Below are positions 53,611 to 64,000 of a stretch of 64,000 bases of DNA, in pieces; the stretch's first letter is position 1, and each line of letters starts with the position of its first letter. Location of the stretch: assembly GCA_951406725.2 (NCBI GenBank), contig OX597820.1, positions 17,670,001-17,734,000 on the forward strand, written 5' to 3'. The notes beneath the pieces were generated by a model. The model had not been told where the DNA came from. It was given only the letters and a program-made list of their open reading frames with translations, and did not search any database. The position numbers and the translations under genes were made by a program. This DNA comes from Octopus vulgaris (taxonomy: Eukaryota).

Positions 53611-53988
53611 ATAATAATAATAATAATAATACATACATACATACATACATACATACACACACACAAACACACACACATGCATACACACATACACATACAC
53701 ACACGCATTCACACATACATACATACATACATACATATGCCCTTCCCGTGGTGTAATCTCATAAGGCCGATTTTCCGGATTCTGTGGCGTACATATTATT
53801 CGGCTGGAAGGGACAACCGTCCGACACAGATTTACTTATTTTGCCAGCTGAGTGGACTGAAGTAATGTTAAACGAAGCGCTTTCCTCGAAAGCAGAATGC
53901 ATCGGCCGGACCAGATGTCGAAACTTCAATCTTACGATGTTGTGTGCGTCACTACAAACACATACTCACATGCATACATATGCACATT

Positions 53989-54040
<52 letters not shown>

Positions 54041-54142
54041 TCAGGGTGGATACTTGATAATTGTAAGCACCTGTATATACCATTTGGTGGTGTAGGTGGT
54101 AGAGTATATTAATCAAAATAAAAACATGATGCCAAGAATTCA

Positions 54143-54218
54143 GCGGTACATATGTTTCGGGCCTTTATTAGACGGATTTAACAATGCATAATGTGTGTCT
54201 ATGGCCTTCTTCAGCCGC
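54143..54218 (-). ncRNA. Type I hammerhead ribozyme motif (left arm)
   Basis: Mirror copy of 54476-54553. Confidence 0.6.
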
Positions 54219-54475
54219 GCACAATTACTACTTCAAGGACATGTATTACATCATAAATTCTACGTTGAGGATGCAAATCCTCACAGTCGCGTACGACAGA
54301 GTGGGGCACCAGCACAAAAACGAAGCGTCTTTCACTCATTCTACATTGAGTGAAAGGCGGGATGGACGCTTCGTTTTTGTGCTGGTGCCCCACTCTGTCG
54401 TACGCGACTGTGAGGATTTGCATCCCCAACGTAGAATTTATGATGTAATACATGTCTTTGAAGTAGTAATTGTGC

Positions 54476-54553
54476 GCGGCTGAAGAAGGCCATAGACACA
54501 CATTATGCATTGTTATAAATCCGTCTAATAAAGGCCCGAAACATATGTACCGC
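54476..54553 (+). ncRNA. Type I hammerhead ribozyme motif (right arm)
   Basis: GCGG-CTGAAGA-AGGCC...GGCCC-GAAA-CATATG-TA-CCGC: stem I GCGG/CCGC, palindromic stem III ACATATGT, GUA site at 54549; A-C mismatch at the base of stem II. Confidence 0.6.
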
Positions 54554-54586
54554 TGAATCCTTGGCATCATGTTTTTATTTTGATTA

Positions 54587-54659
<73 letters not shown>

Positions 54660-54669
54660 TTTAAAAAAA

Positions 54670-54975
54670 GCGTCGCCCTTTTCAAGCCTAGCCAGGCTCA
54701 TGGGCCCGGTTTCCCGGTTTCTGTGGCGTATGTGTTTTCCCCAGCTGGACGGACGCCAGTCCATCACAGCGTTACTCAAGAAACAGAAAGAAAGAATGAG
54801 AGAAAATTGTGGCGAAAGAGTACAACAGGGGTCGCCACCATCCCCTGCCGGAGCCTAGTGGAGCTTTTGGGTGTTTTCACTCAATACACACGCACAACGC
54901 CCGGTCTGGGAATCGAAACCGCGATCCTCCGACCGCAAGTCCGCTGCCCTAACCACTGGGTCATTGCGCCTCCAC
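54670..54975 (-). mobile_element. SINE family B, tail type 2
   Basis: Homology with 19950-20254. Confidence 0.85.
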
Positions 54976-56477
54976 TATATACATATATATGAGACTTTAT
55001 ATGAATTAGTGTTGAATATATATTCTATAATTCTAAAGAGAAAAAAATGTGTGCTGATAAAGATATGTATGAGTAAAAGACAAGTCATAACACCAATAAT
55101 GTTGTCTATTGTTTGTGATGGAGAATCCATTTGCTCTTCTAAGTAAGGATTTTTACCACTGTTACGATTTATTTATATTGACATTTTCTGCTTCCGTTTA
55201 AGTACAAGCATTAATTTGTGTGTTTGATGTAAACAAACGTAATGTATCTATTATTTTCTCTTTGAATATTTAGTCAGGAAATAGTCATTGTATTACTGGG
55301 GGCTCTCTTTGTACTGTTCAGGATATTGAATTTTTAATCAACGAGTATATTCTTACAAAATAATAGAACAATACGGTAGGAAATTCAACGAAACAAATAG
55401 ATCAGACAGTACACTTATTAAAAATACACAAACCACGCATTAAATGTATTATATAAAACAAATGAATATTAACTACAGAACAGTCTAACGCGTTTTCAAA
55501 AGCCTTGTAAAAGGTAGCATAAAATACATAACACGAAACCATTATCTAGCAGAAATAACATACTACAAAATTTAAAAACTGATTTACCAATAACAAATTC
55601 CAAAGACGAAAGCATATGAATAAGCTGCTAGTAACCAACTTGTTTTATAAATTCGATTGGAAACGAAGGATTTGTCTACTTCGTGACTTCTACGGTTGTA
55701 CTGTTGCAATATTCTCCAGCCGACTCGCCTTGCACTTATATGGAGCTACTACAACGCACAACATTATGTAGTAAAAAAAACAAGACCAGATAAGAAACAT
55801 TAGTTGACAACATATCTATGCTACAACGTATTCCTCATTAAAATATAGGAAAGAAGTAGCGCTTTGCCAAATATATAAACCTAAAGAACAAATATACACG
55901 AATCACAAAGAAATTATATATTTAGCAGATGATGAATGATTTAAATGTCGGCTGCATGTATACAGTTTCATATAGAATTTGTCTACGGTAAAGAAGCAAC
56001 ATCGCTTCATGTATATGATGAGAAAGGGAAGATCTAGAAACGTTAATAATGGATTCAGGAACAGTTGTCTTCCAAACAAACTGCAAGAAACTCATAGATA
56101 AACGCGAAAGAAAAATCTTGATTAAAAAGATAAACACAGAACACAGATATGTTTTCAGCACAATGTTTCTGAAAGAAACGTAGTGAGCATGTATACAAAT
56201 ATTTTTCCTTTTCTTTTAGAGATGTACTGAAAACACGTCTAAAATTTTTACATTAATCTTTATTTTTTTATTTATCACGATATTTTTCATATCCTCATAT
56301 GAGTTCATTGCTGTTTGGAATAATGAAGTTCTTCAATCGATATGTGCGTAGGTGTATAAATGTGTATTTGTATGCATTTATGTATGAGTATGAAGGTGTG
56401 TACACGTGAATATGTATAACATATATATATATATATTTGCATGTGTATGTATATATGTATGTATGCATAGATTTGCC

Positions 56478-56690
56478 ATGAAAGATCGCGAGCCACTACA
56501 CATTCTATATTTTCTCTCGCTTTATTTTCTCTCCCTGTTTCTTTCTGTGTTCTTTTCTGCGGAAGAGCGTAGGCTCGAAATGTTAAAGACTTTTTTCACT
56601 TACCGAGAGTTAAACTAATACACATGTTTGCTGGCTACACCACCTGTCTTCGTCTTTTGTTGTTGTTTTTTGTAAATTTCCCCCATATAT
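56478..56690 (+). mobile_element. Family F copy
   Basis: CTTTT-CTGCGGA-A-GAGC-GTAG-GCTC-GAAAT-GTT-AAAGAC at 56552-56590. Confidence 0.6.
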
Positions 56691-56722
56691 CTGTGTGTAT
56701 GTGTGTGTGTGTGTGTGTGTGT

Positions 56723-56838
56723 AGAGGCGCAATGGCCCAGTGGTTAGGGCAGCTGACTCGCGGTCGGAAGATCGCGGTTTCGATTCCCAGACCGGGCGTT
56801 GTGTGTGTTTATTGAGCGAAAACGCATAAAGCTCCACG
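56723..56838 (+). mobile_element. SINE family B head
   Basis: GAGGCGCAATGGCCCAGTGGTTAGGGC...AAGCTCCACG. Confidence 0.8.
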
Positions 56839-56940
56839 GTGTATTTGATCCAGTTCTTGTTACTTGCACTTAAATTAACCTCATCGTTACTTAATTGCTT
56901 GCTTTCTTGTTTCCTTACTTATTTTCTTACATTTTTACTA

Positions 56941-57443
56941 ACTCTTTTACTCTTTTAGTTGTTTCAGTCATTTGACAGCGACCTTGCTGGAGCACCGCCT
57001 TTAATCGAGAAAATCGACTCGAGGTCTTATTCTTTGTAAGCCTGGTACTTATTCTATCGTTCACTTTTGCCGAACCACTAAGTTACGAGGACGTAAACAC
57101 ACAAGCATCGGTTGTCAAGCGATATTGAGGGGACAAACACAGACACAAAAACACATATATATATACATATACATATATGCGACGGGGTTCTTTCAGTTTC
57201 CGTCTACCAAATCCACTTACAAGGCTCTGGTCGGCCCGAGGCTATAGTAGAAGACACTTGCCCAAGAAATAGGTATTTCGCCTGTCTTTACCTTCAGAGT
57301 TCAAAATCCGCCGAGGTCGACTTTGCCTTTCATCCTTTCGGGATCGATAAATTAAATACCAGTTACGAACTGGGTCTATCAAGTCGACTGGCTCCTCTCC
57401 CCCAAAATATCGGTCCTTGTGCCGAGAGTAGAAAAGAATATAT
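56941..57443. mobile_element. SINE A (minus, to ~57265) joined to a head-truncated SINE C (plus)
   Basis: A homology up to CCCAAG, then AAATA|GGTATTTCG and the C body with the alternative tail. Confidence 0.7.
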
Positions 57444-57669
57444 TCTATTGTTTATCATTACAAAGCTTGAGAAATACAGTCTGTGTTAGAAATCAATAGA
57501 TAGACAGGCGCAGGTATGGCCGCAAGGCTAAGAAGCTCACTACTGTTTCGGGTTCAGTCCCAATGCGGGACTTATCTCCTATAGCTCTGACACAACCAAT
57601 GGCTTGTGATTGAATTTTCTACACGGAAAATGCATATAAATCCGTCGTATGCATACATACATACATACA

Positions 57670-57705
<36 letters not shown>

Positions 57706-57796
57706 TATATACCTGGCACTCCATCGGTTACGACGACGAGAGTTCCAGTTGATTCGATCAGCGGAACAGCCTGCTCGACTATATATGTATATATGT

Positions 57797-57863
<67 letters not shown>

Positions 57864-57905
57864 ATCAACTGATCGAATCAACTGGAACTCTCGTCGTCGT
57901 AACAG

Positions 57906-58005
<100 letters not shown>

Positions 58006-58585
58006 AAGGTGGCAAGGCTCTCGTTGCGGGTTAACGGTGGGAGGGAGGATGAGGATGCCACCTTCTTTCTCGCCTAACCTTCTTGATGTGTGGACGGCAA
58101 TTTTCTTTGCTCCCTTCGCCGTCCACAAAAATAGCGTTCGTAATACTTTTTCGTTCGGCTTAACAGCCCTTCTTGTCTTGTAATTTTCTTTGCCCTGTCT
58201 TTTACTGCTTATATTTTGTACTGTCGTTACTGTCCTGTTTTTGTTACCATTTTTACCCCTCTGCAAAAAGATCTCAAATTTTATTTGATTTGCTTTTCGC
58301 AGGAAGGAAAGTTTCTATCGAAGATACGTCTCGCCTTCACCTGCGAAACGTAGAGTAGATGAAACCATGGCGACTGAAGAAGGGTTTTTTTCCTTGTGTT
58401 ATTTGTCCTGTACTCTATTTTTTTATTGTTTAAGAAAAATGTCCAGTTCCTTGGGTTTGTGTCTATGTTTTCGTTTCTCATTGTGTCCGACGTTTTTTTG
58501 GTATCCTGTACTCATATATGCGTGTATATATACATGTAGAGGTAGGTACGTACATATATGTATATATATACGCATATGTTTTATT

Positions 58586-58678
<93 letters not shown>

Positions 58679-58681
58679 CAC

Positions 58682-58738
<57 letters not shown>

Positions 58739-59387
58739 TATAATATACATACGTATAAATACAAGTATTTGTATATGTGTGTTTGTGTGTGTATATTTAT
58801 TCATAACTCGGTCGTTTTCTCTCCTTCTTTCGAAACAGAAAAATCTCAAGGGCTTTCCATCGACATTCTGTTTTCCGTTTTCATACATTAAACAATATTG
58901 TCATCGGGATTTCGTAGAACATTTAACGAAATGCAGGACTGTCATTTCAATACGTAACGGAGAGATTTCATGCCTGTTAGATGTTCTACCTTGCAGAAAA
59001 TCGGATCGCTGTCATGTTATGAAACTGAAAGATGCTAAACTGAAAGATGCGTTTATAGCTATCAAAATATTAGAGCAATCTTCTGTAAATGTTGTCTGTG
59101 GGAGTAAACAAAAAAAAAACAGCAATGTTTACCTTGAGTCTACAAATCGCTTCAATTGAAACATTGCTGTAATGTATTGTAGTGATGTAGATAATCTCAC
59201 AGTTGTAATAACTCGGGAAACTAGAATATGTTAATGTTATGCTAATGTTCTATACTTACAAGCCCACACTTACACACGAACGGAGACAGGCTCACACATA
59301 CATCTCACAAACATGTAGATACATAGTTTACATACATACATACACACACATACGAACACAATTATTTGGAGTCTTCCTGTAAAGAAG

Positions 59388-59690
59388 TGGAGGCGCAATG
59401 CGCAATGGCCCAGTGGTTAGGGCAGCGGACTCGCGGTTGGTGGATCGCGGTTTCGATTCCCAAACCGGGCGTTGTGTGTGTTTATTGAGCAAAAACATCT
59501 AAAGCTCCACGATTCTCCGGTAGGAGGTGGTGGCGACCCCTGTTGTACACTTTCACCACAACTTTCTCTCACTCTTCCTGTTTCTTGAGTAATGCTGCGA
59601 TGGGCTGGTGTCCCGTCCAGCTGGAGGGGACACAGAAACCGGGAAACCGGGCCCATGAGCCTGGCTAGACTTGAAAAAGGGCGCATAAAA
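59388..59690 (+). mobile_element. SINE family B, tail type 2
   Basis: Full head, body and tail. Confidence 0.85.
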
Positions 59691-59925
59691 AATGTAAAGA
59701 AGTAGTTGGTTTCTCTCACAGGTACAAAGTTTCGTCATTGAAATGTAGTAGATAACGAAAACATTTTGAAATCGAGAAAGTCTTGCATATTTTTACTGTT
59801 CCTCTCACTGATTTAATTCGTAACGTACGTGTTAGGTGGTCGATTTCTTTTTTCTGAAACCCCTAGCTTATCGAGATTGTCACCCAGGCATTTATTCACA
59901 CAATCGAGTGCACCAATTATTATTG

Positions 59926-59956
<31 letters not shown>

Positions 59957-60822
59957 TATAATTTTTGCTGAAGATTTCGAAGCAGCCGCCCCAAGTTATC
60001 CGGTATTCCAGGCATTGACAGTTTTGCAGATTCTGGATGGGAAAAAGATTTTCTTTGCGTCTTTCTTCAACAACTGGATTTAATCTCGGCCTGACAAGAA
60101 GGACATTTAGAAGTCTAACAAGTTTAGCCCTCGGCCACTTGATATTGTTACAGAGAGTATTGAAGGTCTCGTTGATTCTATGGCTTTGTTTCGGAAAGAA
60201 TCAGTACAAGGACATCAACTAAGCATCTCCAGTAGGGTGTGGATGCATACACTGCCCAGAGCGCAGCATCCAGCGCTTCCGATCATCTTGTGCTAGCGTA
60301 ACCAGGATCCCGCTAAATTTCGATCCAGTTGAAAGGGTTGATGGTTTGCCAGTGGGTAATCTTCGATACGTGAAGAGCGCACTGGTAATACGGAGATGAT
60401 CCCCAAAAGGTCCAGTCATAATTGCGATCTGGTGGCTTGTGTGCCTCAATGACACTGAGAACTATGCCAATGGAATGCAAGTGCGTGGTCAGACCATGCA
60501 TGCTGGACATGTCAAAATATAGAGGCCAAACTGATATGGACCACGGCTTCCCAAAGGTAAAAATGAGCTTGCATTGAGCCAACATCTTTACCGTGAAAAA
60601 AAGGTAACAGAAGTATCGTAACAGAAGTTATGTTGGCACACAAGCAACGAATGTAAGATAATCTAATCCATTTTGCAAAAGCTGGCATTTGGTGCTTACA
60701 ATGACCGGACATACTTTTGGTGGTCTCAGATCCCGTCTGTTATATAAAGGGCAATATGCCAGAAAGCTTTTGTATCACATTCATTTCTAATATTCTAAGT
60801 TAATGAACACAGCCGTTAATAA

Positions 60823-61438
60823 TGGTTTCAATTTTTTCCACAAGGGCAGCAGTTTTGGGGAAGGGTATGAGTCGATTACATCGACCCCCGGTGTTCAACA
60901 GGAACTTATTTTATCGAACCCGAAAGGATGAAAGGTAAAGTCGACCTCGGCAGAATTTGAACTCAGGACGTAACGGCAGACGAAATACCTATTTCTTTAT
61001 TACCCACAAGGGGCTAAACATAGAGTGGACAAACAAGGACAGACAAACGGATTAAGTCGATTATATCGATCCAAGTGCGTAACTGGTACTTAATTTATCG
61101 ATCCCGAAAGGATGAAAGGCAAAGTCGACCTCGGCAGAATTTGAACTCAGAACGTAACGGCAGACGAAATATCGCTAAGCATTTCACCCGGCGTGCTAAC
61201 GTTTCTTATTTCTTTATTACCCACAAGGAGCTAAACATAGAGGGGACAAACAAGGACAGACAAAGGGGTTAAGTCGATTACATCGACCCCAGTGCGTAAC
61301 TGGTACTTAATTTATTGACCCCGAAAGGATGAGGCAAAGTCGACCTCGGCGGAATTTGAACTCAGAACGTAGCGGCAGACGAAATACCGCTAAGCATTTC
61401 GCCCGGCGTGCTAACGACTCTGTCAGCTGGCCACCTTA
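60823..61438 (-). mobile_element. SINE family C trimer
   Basis: Three units showing both junction types; AACACAGCC(G/A)TTAATAAT flanks the whole array. Confidence 0.85.
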
Positions 61439-61976
61439 AACACAGCCATTAATAATCACGTCCTGCAACACCTTGAACTTTTCTCTCTCCTTTACCAGTA
61501 CAGTTTTCGTTAAAACGAATCAACATGGACCCTCTTTTTATCTATCACCCATCAGTGGTCTCTTGCCTTGGACAAATTTGGTGAAATCAGTGTTATCAAC
61601 CTCAGTATCATTTAAGCTTGCTTATGACTCTCTTTCTGAAACTGCTCGTCACTCAGATGCACCCTCTCTCAGCTCATGGATTGCTATTTCTTGCAATCTC
61701 TTGGATTAACAGAGTGACTGACACACGTTGATGACAGTAATGTAATACTTTATATAACTAAATAAATTTTAAGTATATTTAAAAGCAAAGAAATAGTGAA
61801 AATAATTTTCTTTCCACTCTCTATCAGAAAATATAATCATGGAAATGTATTTACGAGTATAAAAATAAATACAAGAAGAATATAACTTTCTGTTCATAAA
61901 TGCACATACTGACGATTTAAAAGACATAGGTACACTAAACATATGTATACGCGTAGAAAGTACAAAAGATAGATGA

Positions 61977-62035
61977 TGCGTCGGCCGGATCGACTGCTTG
62001 GAAGGCAACCATGCTAACCGTTACACCACCGACGC
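61977..62035 (-). pseudogene. tRNA-Gly(TCC) pseudogene lacking most of the T arm and the B box
   Basis: Identical to 62573-62644 except for a 13-nt deletion between CCGG direct repeats. Confidence 0.85.
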
Positions 62036-62572
62036 CGCAATAATTACGCGCGCAATATCTGAGTAAAGACTAAATCTTCGACATTGGTAACTGCTTTTCA
62101 AGATTTCTTCGTTTCTCGTTTTCATAAATATTATCACAAATTACAATGCATATATACAGGACTGAAATACACACGCATGATTTAAAAGATGCATATTTGG
62201 CGTATAGGCGCATGTACTGCCGTGTGATAGAAGGCTTGGTCCTTTTCTATTGACCAATGTTGGCTATTGATGTCGGAGTTTCTTATGCATTTCATCCATT
62301 TGCTGACAGCACTCCTACGCCGTAATGGTTTCGCCTGGATCCAAAAAGCTGTGATGGATGAGACTGGCCTAATTATTCAAAAAGAAAAAAAGAGTAACAC
62401 GATTAGATAGAGCGAAAAACGGGCTTTAAAATGATATAGGAAGTCAAAATAATTTAACGAAAATTAATTTGAAAATACATCATTTAAAACTAAAATTAAA
62501 AATTCCACAAGAACTTTCTTGACAACCTAATATATAGTAGAAAAACTAGATTCAAAGAATAAAAAACACAAT

Positions 62573-62644
62573 TGCGTCGGCCGGGAGTCGAACCCGGATC
62601 GACTGCTTGGAAGGCAACCATGCTAACCGTTACACCACCGACGC
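62573..62644 (-). tRNA. tRNA-Gly-TCC: tRNA-Gly (anticodon TCC)
   Basis: GCGTCGGTGGTGTAACGGTTAGCATGGTTGCCTTCCAAGCAGTCGATCCGGGTTCGACTCCCGGCCGACGCA, 72 nt, full cloverleaf, T6 terminator a few nt downstream. Confidence 0.95.
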
Positions 62645-63272
62645 CATACGTTTACACATACTAAATATTTGAATAAATACGCAATATTCAACATTGATTT
62701 CTTCTTCCTTCTTTTTCTTTGATGTCATTTCAAATTACAAAATTGCATTACTTTGTTTAGATCAGAAACATCTAACACGATGCTCGCACATGCGTGTGTG
62801 TTTCTTTGTGCTTGCTCGTCCACTCTACTTGATAACCGATGCCGGTTTGTTTACGTCTTCGTAACTTAGCTGCTCGGCAAAAGACGGGGATGGAATAAGT
62901 ACTAGACATGAGAAAAGGAAAAGTATTTGGGTTGATTTTTTTCGTCTACGACCCTTTAAGGAGATGTCCCAGTAAAAACGGACGAAATGCCGCTAAGCAT
63001 TTCGTCCGTTCTTACTGGGGCGTCCGTCTTTATGTTGCGAGTTCAAATTCGGACGAGGTTGAATTTGCCTTTTATCCTTTCGGGATCGATAAAATAAGTA
63101 CCAGTTGAGCACTGGGGTTGATGTAGCCCACTAGACCCCTCCACCAAATTTCAAGCCTTGTGCAAGGAGTAGAACGGGTTATTACTACTGCCATTTTTAC
63201 CTTAAATCTGCATTTTGAGATGTTTGATATAAACACGTGATTCAAAGGATAAAAGTAATGCATTTAAAACAT

Positions 63273-63344
63273 TGCGTCGGCCGGGAGCCGAACCCGGATC
63301 GACTGCTTGGAAGGCAACCATGCTAACCGTTACACCACCGACGC
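63273..63344 (-). tRNA. tRNA-Gly-TCC: tRNA-Gly(TCC) copy with A58G in the T loop (possibly non-functional)
   Basis: Same 72 nt but GGTTCGGCTCC instead of GGTTCGACTCC; T4 downstream. Confidence 0.75.
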
Positions 63345-63584
63345 TGCACGCCTTTTTACCCGAAATATCTGATTAAATCTTAAATCTTCACATTGATGAA
63401 CGTCTTGCTCTTCAAGATTTCTTCGTTTTCTGTTTTCTTAAATATTATCACTAATTACAATGCATCTGCAGGATTGAAATATACACGCATGGGATCTTTT
63501 CGGTTTGAACGGCAGTTTTTAACATAATTTCTAGGTAACTAAATCATTTTAAACTTCGTATACTGGTAGAATGTGTTTATAAAA

Positions 63585-63920
63585 TCAACGGAACAGCCTG
63601 CTCGTGAAATTAACGTGTAAGTGGCTGAGCAATCCACAGACACGTTTACCCTTAACGTAGTTCACGGGGAGATTCAGCGTGACACAGAGAGTGACAAGGC
63701 CGGCCCTTTGAAATACAGGTACAACAGAAAAGGAAGTAAGAGTGAGAGAAAGTTGCGGTGAAAGTGTACAGCAGGGATCACCACCATCCCCTGCCGGAGC
63801 CTCATGGAGCTTTAAGTGTTTTCGCTCAAAAAACACTCACAACGCCCGGTCTGGGAATCGAAACCGCCATCCTATGACCGCGAGTCCGCTGCCCTAACCA
63901 CTGGGACATTGCGCCTCCAC
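63585..63920 (-). mobile_element. SINE family B, tail type 1
   Basis: Homology with 1435-1815; extreme tail truncated. Confidence 0.85.
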
Positions 63921-64000
63921 TCTACCGCTAAACCATCTGTGCTACACTATTAAAGGAGCTTGTGTGTGTGCGTATGTGTGCGTGTGTGTGTGTGTATGTG

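Larger units (their letters stand above)
54105..54591. repeat. Near-perfect ~487-bp palindrome (225/227-bp arms, 35-nt spacer)
   Basis: Arms 54105-54329 and 54365-54591 differ by about three substitutions and one 2-nt indel. Confidence 0.95.

Noticed and set aside
54184-54570. Two mirror ORFs (99 and 119 aa) with the same peptide
   Set aside because: A consequence of the palindrome; no recognisable protein motif
59960-60760. GC-richer block with faint LINE 3'-end-like peptides (VNAWN, LAQDDRKRW)
   Set aside because: Too degenerate to assign by eye; possibly CR1 or RTE relics

Overview
AT-rich, microsatellite-dense eukaryotic DNA dominated by repeats. The SINE families suggest a cephalopod (Octopus-like) genome; this is an inference from recognition, not a search. 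No intact protein-coding gene can be supported, and nearly all listed ORFs are microsatellite or SINE artefacts. The window holds four tRNA-derived SINE families (working labels A, B, C, E), two decayed R4/Dong-type RLE retrotransposons, CR1/L2-type LINE 3' ends (one shares its tail with SINE A), a non-autonomous Helitron family, two Tigger/pogo-like elements and a cluster of three tRNA-Gly(TCC) copies (one intact, one point mutant, one with a T-arm deletion). The most striking signal is a set of at least five unrelated short non-coding element families, usually beside (TA)n tracts and often arranged as long inverted repeats. They carry minimal type I hammerhead ribozyme motifs with palindromic stem III, the form known from Penelope-like elements and retrozymes. 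The best example is a near-perfect ~490-bp palindrome at 54105-54591 with one hammerhead on each strand. A second notable pattern is that SINE C forms head-truncated multimers with recurrent junctions and inserts at the same site in SINE A heads. Repeat boundaries are approximate and were read by eye.
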